A DNA stretch of 64,000 nucleotides, taken from assembly GCA_903828645.1 (NCBI GenBank), contig CAIKNA010000071.1:1286-65285 (forward strand), in the 5' to 3' direction. Position numbers and translations under genes: made by a program. How positions within the stretch are numbered: position 1 is the stretch's first letter; the number at the start of each line of letters is the position of its first letter. The notes beneath the pieces are model-generated. The model did not search any database. It saw only the letters and a list, made by a program, of their open reading frames with translations, and had not been told where the DNA came from. Source of the DNA: an uncultured Bacteroidales bacterium. GTDB lineage: Bacteria > Bacteroidota > Bacteroidia > Bacteroidales > FEN-979. Positions 38,411-48,361 of this stretch are shown here, one piece after another.

Positions 38411-38995
38411 ATGGAAAAAATACGACTTGATATCATTGGAATGTCATACAGCCAATCCCAAAGCGGGGCGTATGCACTTATCCTCGGGGAGCGCGACGGG
38501 AACCGGCGTTTGCCGATAATCATCGGAGGATTTGAAGCACAATCCATCGCCATCGAGCTTGAAAAAATCAGGACCCCGCGACCGCTCACCCACGACTTGT
38601 TTAAAGCCTTCGCCGATGCCTACAAAATTGAAATTTCCGAAGTGGTCATCAGCAAATTCAGCGAGGGGGTTTTTTATGCCAAACTGGTATGCACCGACGG
38701 GGAGTCTGTTCAGGAGATCGATTCCCGCACCTCCGATGCCATTGCCCTTGCCTTGCGTTTTGCCTGCCCGGTCTTTACCTATGAAAGCATTATGTCTGCC
38801 GCGGGCATCCTGATGGAAGAGGAGGCTGAACTGCTTAAACAGGATGAGCCTGCCCGGGAAGAGTATCAAAAGGAGATGGTTTCCTATTCAGATACTTCGC
38901 TTACAGAACTCATGGAGATGCTGCATGCCGCCATCGAAAATGAAGAGTACGAAAAAGCTTCCAAAATCAGGGATGAATTGAACAAGCGAAAATAA
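38411..38995 (+). CDS. bifunctional nuclease family protein (DUF151/BFN) with C-terminal UVR motif
   Basis: RRLPIIIG..EAQSIA and RPLTHDL motifs, with a C-terminal EEYEKASKIRDEL UVR-like helix. Confidence 0.75.
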   Translation: MEKIRLDIIGMSYSQSQSGAYALILGERDGNRRLPIIIGGFEAQSIAIELEKIRTPRPLTHDLFKAFADAYKIEISEVVISKFSEGVFYAKLVCTDGESVQEIDSRTSDAIALALRFACPVFTYESIMSAAGILMEEEAELLKQDEPAREEYQKEMVSYSDTSLTELMEMLHAAIENEEYEKASKIRDELNKRK

Positions 38996-39037
38996 ATTTC
39001 CAGAACCTGACTTATTAACACTTAAAAGAAAATCCTG

Positions 39038-40297
39038 ATGGGAATAAAACTTCGTTTAATACTGATGAATTTTTTCCAGTTCTTTGTATGGGGAGCCTGG
39101 CTCATAACTATTGGAACCTATTGTTTTAATGCTAAAGGGTGGACAGGAGCTCAGTTTGGAGCAATCTTTTCAACACTTGCAATTGCTTCAATCTTTATGC
39201 CGGCGCTTACCGGAATTATTGCCGACAAATGGATAAATACCGAAAAACTCTATGGAACGCTGCACATTTTATATGGATGCGTGTTGTTCTTTGTACCACA
39301 AGTCAATGACCCGGATACCCTGTACTATGTGATATTATTGGCAATGATTTTTTATATGCCAACCATATCGCTTTCTAACTCCATTTCCTATTCAATATTA
39401 AAAAACAATAATTTTGAAGTTGTGAAGGCATACCCCCCAATTCGGGTTTGGGGAACCATCGGCTTCATTATCGCCATGTGGTGTACCAATTTATCCGGCA
39501 GTAAGGCTAATGCCAATCAGTTCATTATTGGAGCAGTTGCAGCTATTGTTTTGGGGATCTATTCATTTACTTTACCAAAATGTCTCCCCCAGAAATCAAT
39601 ATCTAAAGATGCTTCCATTATTGAACAATTGGGGTTAAATGCTTTTAAACTTTTTTTGAATTACAAAATGGCGTTATTCTTTATTTTCGCCATGTTCCTG
39701 GGTGCTGCATTGCAGCTAACCAATATGTATGGCGATTCTTTCCTTGATGATTTCAGGAATGTTCCGGAATACGCCGAATCATTTGTTGTAAAATATTCTA
39801 CGATTATAATGTCGATTTCCCAGATGTCCGAGACCCTTTTTATTCTCACCATACCTTTTTTCCTGCGGCGCTTTGGAATTAAGAAAGTTATGCTTTTCAG
39901 TATGATCGCCTGGGTGCTTCGGTTTGGATTATTCTCTTTTGGAAATCCTGCCGGCGGTTTATGGATGATAATTTTGTCTTGTATTGTTTATGGTATGGCT
40001 TTCGATTTTTTCAACATCTCTGGTTCCTTATTTGTTGAAAGCACTACCGATTCTAAAATAAGATCGAGTGCACAAGGTCTTTTTATGATGATGACCAATG
40101 GTTTTGGCGCATACTCAGGCAGTAAAATAAGCGGATTCATTATTGATAAATTTTATACACACGCTCAGGGTAAAGACTGGCATGGAATCTGGCTTGCTTT
40201 TGCAATCTATGCCTTGATTGTGGCAGTTGCGTTTGCCATCCTCTTTAAACATAAACACGACCCCAAAGACTTTTCTTCTTCAGCCATTCAGCATTAA
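39038..40297 (+). CDS. nucleoside:H+ symporter family MFS permease (NupG/XapB-like)
   Basis: A 12-TM MFS protein whose N-terminus LRLILMNFFQFFVWGAWLITIG is typical of the NupG family. Confidence 0.75.
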   Translation: MGIKLRLILMNFFQFFVWGAWLITIGTYCFNAKGWTGAQFGAIFSTLAIASIFMPALTGIIADKWINTEKLYGTLHILYGCVLFFVPQVNDPDTLYYVILLAMIFYMPTISLSNSISYSILKNNNFEVVKAYPPIRVWGTIGFIIAMWCTNLSGSKANANQFIIGAVAAIVLGIYSFTLPKCLPQKSISKDASIIEQLGLNAFKLFLNYKMALFFIFAMFLGAALQLTNMYGDSFLDDFRNVPEYAESFVVKYSTIIMSISQMSETLFILTIPFFLRRFGIKKVMLFSMIAWVLRFGLFSFGNPAGGLWMIILSCIVYGMAFDFFNISGSLFVESTTDSKIRSSAQGLFMMMTNGFGAYSGSKISGFIIDKFYTHAQGKDWHGIWLAFAIYALIVAVAFAILFKHKHDPKDFSSSAIQH

Positions 40298-40304
40298 ATT
40301 AATA

Positions 40305-40444
40305 TTTGCACTTTGACTGTGCACTTTGATTTTGCACTTTGACTTTGCACTTTGATTTTGCACTTTGACTTTGCACTTTGACTTTGCACTTTGACTTTGC
40401 ACTTTGACTTTGCATTTTGACTTTGCATTTTGCCCTTTGCATTT
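40305..40444. repeat. compound tandem array: nine 13-nt units (TTTGCAC+TTTGAY), then three heptads (TTTGCAT/TTTGCCC/TTTGCAT)
   Basis: GCAC/GCAT recurs at 40308, 40321, 40334, 40347, 40360, 40373, 40386, 40399, 40412 and 40425 (13-nt period), then at 40432 and 40439 (7-nt period). It fills the permease-thyA spacer. Confidence 0.95.
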
Positions 40445-40449
40445 AACAA

Positions 40450-41244
40450 ATGAAACAGTATCTTGATCTTCTTGATTTTGTCCTGAAAAACGGCATCCAA
40501 AAACCCGACCGCACCGGCACCGGCACGATCAGCGTTTTCGGATACCAGATGCGGTTCGACCTGCGAGAGAGTTTTCCGCTCCTAACCACCAAAAAATTGC
40601 ACCTCAGGTCGATCATCCATGAACTGCTTTGGTTTTTGCAGGGTTCAACCAACACCAGGTACCTTACGGATAACAAGGTAACCATCTGGAACGAATGGGC
40701 CGACAAGCAGGGAAACCTCGGCCCGGTATACGGGTATCAATGGCGCTCGTGGCCAAAGACCGATGGCTCGCATGTTGACCAGATCCGTCAGGTTGCTGAT
40801 TCAATCCTTCAGAATCCTGATTCACGCCGTCACATCGTTAGCGCATGGAATGTTGGGGACCTGGACAAAATGGCTCTGCCACCCTGTCACTTGCTTTTCC
40901 AGTTTTATGTGGCCAACGGCGAACTCTCCTGCCAGATGTACCAGCGCAGCTGCGACATCTTTCTGGGTGTGCCGTTCAACATCGCCTCTTATGCCCTGCT
41001 CACGTTGATGATGGCCCATGCAACTGGGCTCAAACCCGGGGAGTTCATCCATACACTGGGGGATGCGCACATTTACCTGAACCACCTCGACCAGGTACAA
41101 CTCCAGTTGTCACGCGAGCCATTGCCCCCACCGCAAATGAACCTGAACCCGGAGGTGAAAAACATTGACGACTTCCGCTTTGAGGATTTTCAACTGGTCA
41201 ACTACCAGTCGCACCCCCACATCAAGGGTGACATTGCAATCTGA
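40450..41244 (+). CDS. thyA: thymidylate synthase
   Basis: MKQYLDLL...DRTGTGT...catalytic LPPCH...; full-length 264 aa. Confidence 0.95.
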   Translation: MKQYLDLLDFVLKNGIQKPDRTGTGTISVFGYQMRFDLRESFPLLTTKKLHLRSIIHELLWFLQGSTNTRYLTDNKVTIWNEWADKQGNLGPVYGYQWRSWPKTDGSHVDQIRQVADSILQNPDSRRHIVSAWNVGDLDKMALPPCHLLFQFYVANGELSCQMYQRSCDIFLGVPFNIASYALLTLMMAHATGLKPGEFIHTLGDAHIYLNHLDQVQLQLSREPLPPPQMNLNPEVKNIDDFRFEDFQLVNYQSHPHIKGDIAI

Positions 41245-41256
41245 AAAATATTGTAA

Positions 41257-41298
41257 TTTTGCCATTTTACTTTTGCATTTTCCATTTTGCACTTTCCT
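41257..41298. repeat. T-tract short-period repeat (TTTTGCC ATTTTAC TTTTGCA TTTTCCA TTTTGCA CTTTCCT)
   Basis: T-runs start at 41257, 41265, 41271, 41278, 41285 and 41293 (spacing 6-8 nt). The array abuts the folA ATG at 41300. Confidence 0.8.
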
Positions 41299-41299
41299 T

Positions 41300-41788
41300 A
41301 TGATATCAATCATTGTCGCAATAGCAGAAAACCGGGCCATCGGGAAAAACAACGATCTCCTCTGGCATATCCCGGCCGATCTGAAGCGTTTTAAAAGCAT
41401 CACGAACGGTCACCCGGTCATCATGGGTAAAAGAACCTGGGAATCACTTCCACGGAGGCCACTGCCAAACCGCAGGAACATTGTGATTACCGACATTCCC
41501 GGCGAACAGATCGAGGGTTGTGAGATGGCATATTCAATCTCCGGTGCGATTGCCATGTGCAGCCCGGATGAGGAAAATTTTATCATCGGGGGCGCTTCGG
41601 TTTATAGCCAGTTTTTACCTCATACCGACCGGCTCTACCTCACGCTGGTCCATAAATCGTTCGATGCGGATGTCTTCTTTCCGGAAATAGATTTTTCAAA
41701 ATGGAAACTGCTTTCAAAGGAGGAGTTCCTGCCCTGTGAAGTCAACGATTTTGCTTATTCAAACGAGACCTACGGCAGAATTATGTGA
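41300..41788 (+). CDS. folA: dihydrofolate reductase
   Basis: MISIIVAIAENRAIGKNNDLLWHIPADLKRFK. The track ORF (41165) overlaps thyA, so it was trimmed to the ATG at 41300. Confidence 0.9.
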   Translation: MISIIVAIAENRAIGKNNDLLWHIPADLKRFKSITNGHPVIMGKRTWESLPRRPLPNRRNIVITDIPGEQIEGCEMAYSISGAIAMCSPDEENFIIGGASVYSQFLPHTDRLYLTLVHKSFDADVFFPEIDFSKWKLLSKEEFLPCEVNDFAYSNETYGRIM

Positions 41789-43084
41789 TCAGGTTTTTCT
41801 TTTTTGCTTTTTAGCCGCCGGGAATAGTATGTTATTTAGGATCAGCCGGTATCCCGGTGAATTCGGATGAAGTTTGAGATCGGTGGGAGGATCCCCGACA
41901 AGGTGCTGGTAATCTTCAGGATCATGCCCCCCAAGGAATGTCCATGTTCCTTTACCAAAGTCACCATGAATGTACCTCGCTTCGTCCAGCGACTTCGTTT
42001 CGCCCAGTACGAGCACGTTAGACTTGATGTATTTTTTATTGAATGCCGTGGTTTGTCCCATGAATCCATGGATCAGGGTTTCGTGATCCTGGCAGAGCAT
42101 GCAGGGTACCGGGTCCCATTTGGCGGAAAAATCAAACAAGGTAAAAAAATCGTTCTCTCTTTTGATGTTTTTAGGCCGGGTCTCCGTTACATCGATCGAT
42201 GAAATTTCATACTGGTAGGGGTTTGTCACCAGGGTGAAATTTTCGAAGGCAAAACAATTGGCGAAATTTATTTTTGACTGTGCATTGGGATCGGGCGGAT
42301 CTCCGTCGAACATCACGTCGCAAATGTCAACGCCATCGGCTGCCAGCGCAACATCATAACTGTCGGGGGCCGAACACATGGCGAAAAGATACCCTCCGCC
42401 TGCGACAAAGTCGCGGATCTTTTTAACGACCGCAAGCTTCATCTGCGAAACTTTTGAGAAGCCTAACTTTTTCGCCATCTCCTCTTGGATATTCACATCC
42501 TCCTGGTACCAGGGAAACCCCTTATAAGCCCCCCAGAATTTGCCATACTGCCCGGTAAAATCCTCGTGATGAAGATGGAGCCAGTCGTACATCGGCAACA
42601 ACCCGGCCATGATCTCCTCGTCATAGAGGATGTCATATGGAATTTCCGCATAGGTCAGAACCAGTGTCACCGCATCGTCCCATGGCAGTTTGTTTTTTGG
42701 GGAATATACGGCGACCCTGGGAGGTTTGTGAAGTTTGATGTTCTCCATGTTCACCTGCGCATCGGAAATTTCCTCGAGAATGGCCGCAGCCTGGGCGTCG
42801 GCTATGGTCTGGCAGGTAACTCCCCGGATGTTGCACTCCTCTTCAAATGCCTTGACATACTGGAACATGAAACTCCCGCCGCGGTAGTTCAGCAGCCAGC
42901 TCACCTCCACATCTTTTTTCAATACCATGTAGGCAATTCCGTAAGCTTTCAGATGGTTCTTCTGGGCATCATCCATGGGCACGAGGAGGAAAGCCCCGAA
43001 AGAGGTCCGGACAAGGCAAAGCATCAGGAAAATAATCAGAAAACCTGCAGGATTAAAACGGTGCATCATGGTGCTCATCATCAT
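41789..43084 (-). CDS. conserved hypothetical protein with N-terminal signal/anchor
   Basis: 431-aa ORF with a hydrophobic N-terminus. I could not recognise a catalytic motif with confidence. The 5' end overlaps the dnaB stop by 14-32 nt, depending on which Met is used. Confidence 0.5.
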   Translation of the reverse strand: MMMSTMMHRFNPAGFLIIFLMLCLVRTSFGAFLLVPMDDAQKNHLKAYGIAYMVLKKDVEVSWLLNYRGGSFMFQYVKAFEEECNIRGVTCQTIADAQAAAILEEISDAQVNMENIKLHKPPRVAVYSPKNKLPWDDAVTLVLTYAEIPYDILYDEEIMAGLLPMYDWLHLHHEDFTGQYGKFWGAYKGFPWYQEDVNIQEEMAKKLGFSKVSQMKLAVVKKIRDFVAGGGYLFAMCSAPDSYDVALAADGVDICDVMFDGDPPDPNAQSKINFANCFAFENFTLVTNPYQYEISSIDVTETRPKNIKRENDFFTLFDFSAKWDPVPCMLCQDHETLIHGFMGQTTAFNKKYIKSNVLVLGETKSLDEARYIHGDFGKGTWTFLGGHDPEDYQHLVGDPPTDLKLHPNSPGYRLILNNILFPAAKKQKRKT

Positions 43085-44561
43085 TCATTTTTGACATCAC
43101 GGTTCGTGTTCGCATTGAACCATCAAACGATGAATTGGGTTGAATAGTATTAGTGGATTGATAGTCCATTTCGGCATCAACGAATTTGGCATATTTGGAG
43201 ACGAATTTTATCCTGATATCCTTCAACGGGCCATTCCTGTTTTTGGCAATGATGATTTCGGCCACCCCTGCCGTGGAATCGCCGCTTTCATCCACATCGA
43301 TCTTGTAATATTCGGGGCGGTAAATGAACATCACCATGTCGGCATCCTGTTCGATGGAGCCGGATTCGCGCAAATCTGAAAGGATCGGTTTTGCGGCAGC
43401 GGATCGTTTCTCGGAGGCTCGGCTTAGCTGTGACAGTGCAATGACCGGCACATCCAGCTCCTTGGCCAGGGTTTTCAGTGCCCGGGAAATGCTGCTGATC
43501 TCCTGCTCGCGGTTGCCCCTGGTATCCTGGCTTCCCTGCATCAGCTGCAGGTAGTCGACAATGATCATCTGGATGTCGTGATGGGCCTTAAGCCGCCGGC
43601 ACTTGGCCCGAAGGTCGAAAATAGACAGGGCAGCGGTATCGTCGATAAACAGCGGCGCCTCAATGAGGGGAGTGATCCTGGCGTTCAACTGGGCCCACTC
43701 GTGATCCTCCATGGTTCCCTTGCGGAGTTTTTCCTGGGGAATCTCGGTCTCGCTCGACATGAGGCGGGTGACAAGCTGGATTGATGACATTTCAAGGGAG
43801 AACACGGCAACAGGTTTCTTGAAATCAATCGCTGCATTTCGCGCCATTGTCAGTGCGAAGGCAGTTTTTCCCATCCCGGGGCGTGAAGCGATGATCACCA
43901 GGTCCGATTTCTGCCAGCCAGAAGTGATCCGGTCCAGTTCGGTAAACCCCGATCCGACACCTCGCAGCTTCCCCTCCTGATTCCGGCCGGCATTGATTTC
44001 CTTGATGGCTTCCGCAATGATCGACTGCATGTTCATGTACGATTTGCCGATGCTGCCTTCGCTGATGGAAAAGAGCCCGTTTTCAGCCTTGTCCAGCAGA
44101 TCGAACACATCAGTTGTATCCTCATAGGCATCTTTGATGATCTCCGAAGATACCCTGATCAGTTCGCGTTGGATGAACTTCTGCAGGATGATCCGGGCAT
44201 GAAATTCAATATTGGCTGTGGATGCAATGCGGTTGGTCAGCATTGTGATGAAATAGGGGCCGCCTGCCACTTCGAGTTCTCCGCTTTTTCGCAGCTCTTC
44301 GGTCACGGTAAGGATATCCACCGGCTCGTTCTGTGCGAACAATCGCATGATGGCTGAAAAGATGATCTGGTGATTTTCCTTATAAAACGCATCCGGTTTA
44401 AGTACCTCGATGACCTCGGCCAGCCGGTTGCTTTCAAGCATCATTGCCCCAAGAACCGCCTCTTCCAGGTCAAGCGCCTGGGGAGGGATCTTCCCGTGCT
44501 CAAAGACCACTTCGTTCAACCCCGGTTTGCGGGTACGCTTCCTGATGTTCTTATCTTCCAT
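43053..44561 (-). CDS. dnaB: replicative DNA helicase
   Basis: N-terminal PPQALDLEEAVLGAM and Walker A SRPGMGKTAFAL. No intein-sized insertion. Confidence 0.95.
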   Translation of the reverse strand: MEDKNIRKRTRKPGLNEVVFEHGKIPPQALDLEEAVLGAMMLESNRLAEVIEVLKPDAFYKENHQIIFSAIMRLFAQNEPVDILTVTEELRKSGELEVAGGPYFITMLTNRIASTANIEFHARIILQKFIQRELIRVSSEIIKDAYEDTTDVFDLLDKAENGLFSISEGSIGKSYMNMQSIIAEAIKEINAGRNQEGKLRGVGSGFTELDRITSGWQKSDLVIIASRPGMGKTAFALTMARNAAIDFKKPVAVFSLEMSSIQLVTRLMSSETEIPQEKLRKGTMEDHEWAQLNARITPLIEAPLFIDDTAALSIFDLRAKCRRLKAHHDIQMIIVDYLQLMQGSQDTRGNREQEISSISRALKTLAKELDVPVIALSQLSRASEKRSAAAKPILSDLRESGSIEQDADMVMFIYRPEYYKIDVDESGDSTAGVAEIIIAKNRNGPLKDIRIKFVSKYAKFVDAEMDYQSTNTIQPNSSFDGSMRTRTVMSKMNDDEHHDAPF

Positions 44562-44624
44562 ACGGCAAAAATAGAGCTAATCCGGCTTGGTTTTCCCGGT
44601 AATCCCGATTTTAGTTTTCAACAA

Positions 44625-45947
44625 TTACAGGCTGAAGGTGAGGGCGAGATGCACCCATTTGTGCCACCAGCCATTGTGAAATTCAGGACTCAGGATAAAT
44701 TGTTCCACATCAAGACTGATCCCGTTGCAGGAAAATGTGACTCCTCCGCTTCCCTCGAACACCATCCGTGAGATTTCATCGGCCGCCAGGATGTAAGCGC
44801 TCGATGTGTTGAAGAGCCCTCCCTGCAGGGTAGCATCGTAACCCACCAGTTTGCCGGTTCCTTTAACAAAAAAGAAAAACTGGATCTTATTCAATCCCGC
44901 ATCTTCAAGCACCTGCTTTTTTGCAACGCCAAGGTTTGCAAAGTAAGGATTGATTCTTCCTGTCCTGAGTTCAGCCCCAGCCGAGACGTTGGTGTACAGT
45001 GTTCCGAGATTCCCGGCAGAGGATAGCAGCAAATCAGCATGTTTCCAGTTAAAAACTCCTTTTTCAAACGTGATGGAATAGTTCAGCACCAGGTCGTTCT
45101 TTACCTGGTATTCCCAACCCAGGGGTTCGTTGTTTGTGGGAACGGCATTGTGAAAAGAACGCTGAACCCATTCTCCATAAGAATTGGGCCCCACAATGCC
45201 CGCATCCAGTTCACTGGTTTGCCTGAAGTTGTGTTCAGGATCGTTTGTGATTTTAAAACTACCCACATACAGGTAGGCCGCATAGGGTCGGTCGCCGTAT
45301 AAAATCCCCCCTTTTTTAGTGGTCGACGGCGTAAACATATTCTGAACCAGCGAAACTCCGTAATAGTTTGTGCCCGAACCCCAGTAAGGAATCATCAGCC
45401 GGCTCAGCGGGTTCATCTGCAACCCCGGTGATATGATCTCAATCTTGATCCCGTTGGTGTAAAAGCGGTCGGTATAGTCCAGAATGTCATTGTCAAAATC
45501 GACCTTTAAATAAGATTCACGGCCCAGGGTGATCATTGTGGGGAACTGCCGGTTGTCGACGGGAGAAAAAAGGTACTTCCTGGAGACCGGCTCATTCAGG
45601 TCGGCTTGGATACTGTTGGTCCGGAGATATTTCAAATGGCTGATAAACAGTGAATCCGACCTTTTTCCTGTCCATGGCTGCCCACCGGAGGGCTGAACAG
45701 ATTGCCGGGCTTTTCTTTTTTTAATCCGTCTTTTCTTCTGTGCAACCGCCTCCCTGGATAAGGATGGTTGAATGGCCGGGCCATGGGTGTTACCCATGCC
45801 AAATTGGTTTCCGGCCAAGGTTTCCATAGGTACACCCCCATTTATGACTCCCGGGAGTGTCTCATCGATTTTTTCACAATGGCTGAACAAAAGTAGAAAA
45901 AAAAAGAAAACCAGGCCTCTTTTCATGCAGACCACAAAGGTAATCAA
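44625..45947 (-). CDS. LpxR-like lipid A deacylase family (DUF2219) outer-membrane protein with ~130-aa N-terminal extension
   Basis: FYTNGIKIE, MFTP and GDRPYAAYLY motifs resemble LpxR/DUF2219. The alternative start MKRGL (45926) gives a lipoprotein-like signal ending in FSHC. Confidence 0.55.
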   Translation of the reverse strand: MITFVVCMKRGLVFFFFLLLFSHCEKIDETLPGVINGGVPMETLAGNQFGMGNTHGPAIQPSLSREAVAQKKRRIKKRKARQSVQPSGGQPWTGKRSDSLFISHLKYLRTNSIQADLNEPVSRKYLFSPVDNRQFPTMITLGRESYLKVDFDNDILDYTDRFYTNGIKIEIISPGLQMNPLSRLMIPYWGSGTNYYGVSLVQNMFTPSTTKKGGILYGDRPYAAYLYVGSFKITNDPEHNFRQTSELDAGIVGPNSYGEWVQRSFHNAVPTNNEPLGWEYQVKNDLVLNYSITFEKGVFNWKHADLLLSSAGNLGTLYTNVSAGAELRTGRINPYFANLGVAKKQVLEDAGLNKIQFFFFVKGTGKLVGYDATLQGGLFNTSSAYILAADEISRMVFEGSGGVTFSCNGISLDVEQFILSPEFHNGWWHKWVHLALTFSL

Positions 45948-45972
45948 ATACTGTTTTTTTTCTTAACTTTAC

Positions 45973-46476
45973 ATGACCATTCGAACGATGAAAAAAAATC
46001 TTTTACTGCTTCTTTTTTATTTCATTACTGGTTGCCTGTTTGCTCAAAAAACCCTTTTGGTTGAAAAATTAGGTGGATCGGGAAGGTATTATTATCATTC
46101 CGGCGACATTATGAAGCTAAGGGTTTCCAAACTGGACACTATTCTGATCGGAAGATTATGGGCTATTCATGACAGCGTCATCTCCATTTCAGAGCTCCGG
46201 CCATTTGATGTCAGGATCAAAGATATCGGTTCGGTTTACAAGCAGTATGCCTATGCAAAAAAGTTTGGCAAGTACGCGGCAATCGGAAGTGTGACTTTTT
46301 TTGCCATCATCACCTTCAATCATCTCATCAATCATCAGCAGGTTTTCTCCCCCGACGTGTTTATCGTCTCCGGGGCATTCCTGGGGGCAAGCCTCATTTC
46401 ATTATCACTGAGCGAAAAACGGTGCAGAACCGACAGGGGCTGGAAAATTAAAGTCCTGGATATCGATGTGAATTGA
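45973..46476 (+). CDS. hypothetical membrane protein
   Basis: Signal-like N-terminus (MKKNLLLLLFYF) and two C-terminal hydrophobic segments. Confidence 0.4.
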   Translation: MTIRTMKKNLLLLLFYFITGCLFAQKTLLVEKLGGSGRYYYHSGDIMKLRVSKLDTILIGRLWAIHDSVISISELRPFDVRIKDIGSVYKQYAYAKKFGKYAAIGSVTFFAIITFNHLINHQQVFSPDVFIVSGAFLGASLISLSLSEKRCRTDRGWKIKVLDIDVN

Positions 46477-46486
46477 CCGGAGATCG

Positions 46487-47338
46487 TTAACCGGCGATCA
46501 TCTCCCTGATGATGCGTGTCATGACTGGCTCAACCGCACTTGCTGCATCAATCACATGTTTATGGGTTATTTCTACAATCTTTCCGGGAACACCCAGGTC
46601 GGAAATGATGGAAACCGCGAAACATTTCAACCCCATGTGGCGTGCCGCGATCACCTCAGGAACGGTAGACATTCCAACGGCATCCGCACCGATGGTACGG
46701 ATGTACCTGTATTCGGCGGGCGTTTCATAGGTGGGTCCGGAAACGGCGGCATAGACCCCCCGCTGCAATTTAATTCCATGATTCCGGGCAATTTCGAGGG
46801 CTTTCCCGATCAACTCGGCGTCATAAGCCTGTCCCATGTCAGGGAAACGCGTGCCGACCTCATCCTCATTTTTCCCGATCAACGGGTTATCTTTCATAAG
46901 GTTGATATGATCGTCGATCACCATGATATCTCCAACTTCAAAATCAGGATTCACCCCTCCGCTGGCGTTGGAGAGCACCAGCAACTCAATGCCTAAAAAC
47001 TTCATCACCACCACGGGGAAGGAGATCTCCTGCATGGTATACCCCTCATAATAATGAAACCTCCCTTGCATCGCCACAATGTTTTTTCCTGCCATGGTCC
47101 CGAAAATGAGTTGCCCGTGATGTCCTGCAACGGTAGAAACCGGGAAATTGGGAATAAACTCATATTGCAGCGTATGCTGTATGTCGATTTCATTTACCAG
47201 TCCCCCCAATCCTGTGCCAAGGATGATGCCGATTTCAGGTTTTGCGGAGATCTTGCTTTTAAGGTATTCAACGGTCTCTTTAATTTTTATTAACATATCG
47301 TAAAATCTCGTTATCGAATTTTTCTTTATCGGAGCCAT
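46487..47338 (-). CDS. purine nucleoside phosphorylase (PunA/trimeric type)
   Basis: GIILGTGLG, GRFHYYEGY and LSNASGG motifs. The alternative start at 47296 would overlap lpxK less. Confidence 0.85.
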   Translation of the reverse strand: MAPIKKNSITRFYDMLIKIKETVEYLKSKISAKPEIGIILGTGLGGLVNEIDIQHTLQYEFIPNFPVSTVAGHHGQLIFGTMAGKNIVAMQGRFHYYEGYTMQEISFPVVVMKFLGIELLVLSNASGGVNPDFEVGDIMVIDDHINLMKDNPLIGKNEDEVGTRFPDMGQAYDAELIGKALEIARNHGIKLQRGVYAAVSGPTYETPAEYRYIRTIGADAVGMSTVPEVIAARHMGLKCFAVSIISDLGVPGKIVEITHKHVIDAASAVEPVMTRIIREMIAG

Positions 47339-48335
47339 GAAAATCTATCTCCATTGGAACGCAAAATAACGGTAAATTTTTCATATAACCGCTAAGTTCC
47401 GGAGTTTTCAACCGCATCACATCTTTCTCAGTCGTTACAATGATTTTTTTCTGTGTGGGCAGGTCATCGAACTTCCGGATGATATCTTCCACATCTTTAA
47501 CGGAATATGCATGATGATCAGTAAATTTCAACACCACCAGTTCGCTGCACATCCGTTCAAGGTGCTCCCTGAGGGGGTAATCGTTTGCAATGCCGGTAAA
47601 GAGAAGTATGTTGGTCACCCTGGCCGGAAATGGAATGTTCATTGTGTCAAAAACAGCTACCGGATCGGTATATTTGATATACGAAAAATAGATTCGCTGA
47701 TGGCTGTCAGGCTTTAATTCTTCAATGATCCTCCTGCGCGTGATGGGGGAGAAAATTTTTGGAGTTTTGGTCACCACGATAATGTCGGCACGTTTGGACC
47801 CGTTGCGGAATTCACGAAGTGTGCCCGAAGGAAGAACTACATCTTCCGAATAAAGACGATGATAATCGGTCAGCAGGACAGATAACCCGGGTTTTACATA
47901 CCTGTGCTGGAAAGCATCATCAAGAAGGATGACATTCAGACCTGGGTGTTTCTCCAGCAGCAGACGGATGCCCCTGCTTCGTTTTTCATCAACGGCAACC
48001 TTGACGCTTTCAAACTTTTTCAGGAACTGCAAAGGTTCATCCCCGATATATTTGACGCTTGACCGTTTGGAAGCAAGAATAAAGCCGTTGCTTTTCCGTC
48101 CGTATCCCCGGCTCAGGGTTGCCACAAACATGGCAGGGGTTAAAAGTCTGATCAGGTATTCAATGTGGGGTGTTTTCCCGGTTCCGCCAAAGGTAAGGTT
48201 GCCGACGGAAATAACTGGTTTGTCAAATGTTTTGGATGACAGGATGTGCAGGTCGAAAAGCAAATTCCTTACCTGCATGGCCAACCCATAAAGTAAAGAA
48301 ACAGGGAGCAATATAACCTGGAGTATCCGTGTCAT
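47280..48335 (-). CDS. lpxK: tetraacyldisaccharide 4'-kinase
   Basis: P-loop VGNLTFGGTGKTP. The length and membrane-proximal N-terminus are typical. Confidence 0.85.
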   Translation of the reverse strand: MTRILQVILLPVSLLYGLAMQVRNLLFDLHILSSKTFDKPVISVGNLTFGGTGKTPHIEYLIRLLTPAMFVATLSRGYGRKSNGFILASKRSSVKYIGDEPLQFLKKFESVKVAVDEKRSRGIRLLLEKHPGLNVILLDDAFQHRYVKPGLSVLLTDYHRLYSEDVVLPSGTLREFRNGSKRADIIVVTKTPKIFSPITRRRIIEELKPDSHQRIYFSYIKYTDPVAVFDTMNIPFPARVTNILLFTGIANDYPLREHLERMCSELVVLKFTDHHAYSVKDVEDIIRKFDDLPTQKKIIVTTEKDVMRLKTPELSGYMKNLPLFCVPMEIDFHGSDKEKFDNEILRYVNKN

Positions 48336-48361
48336 AAATGAAGCTCCTAAATTAGGAAAAA

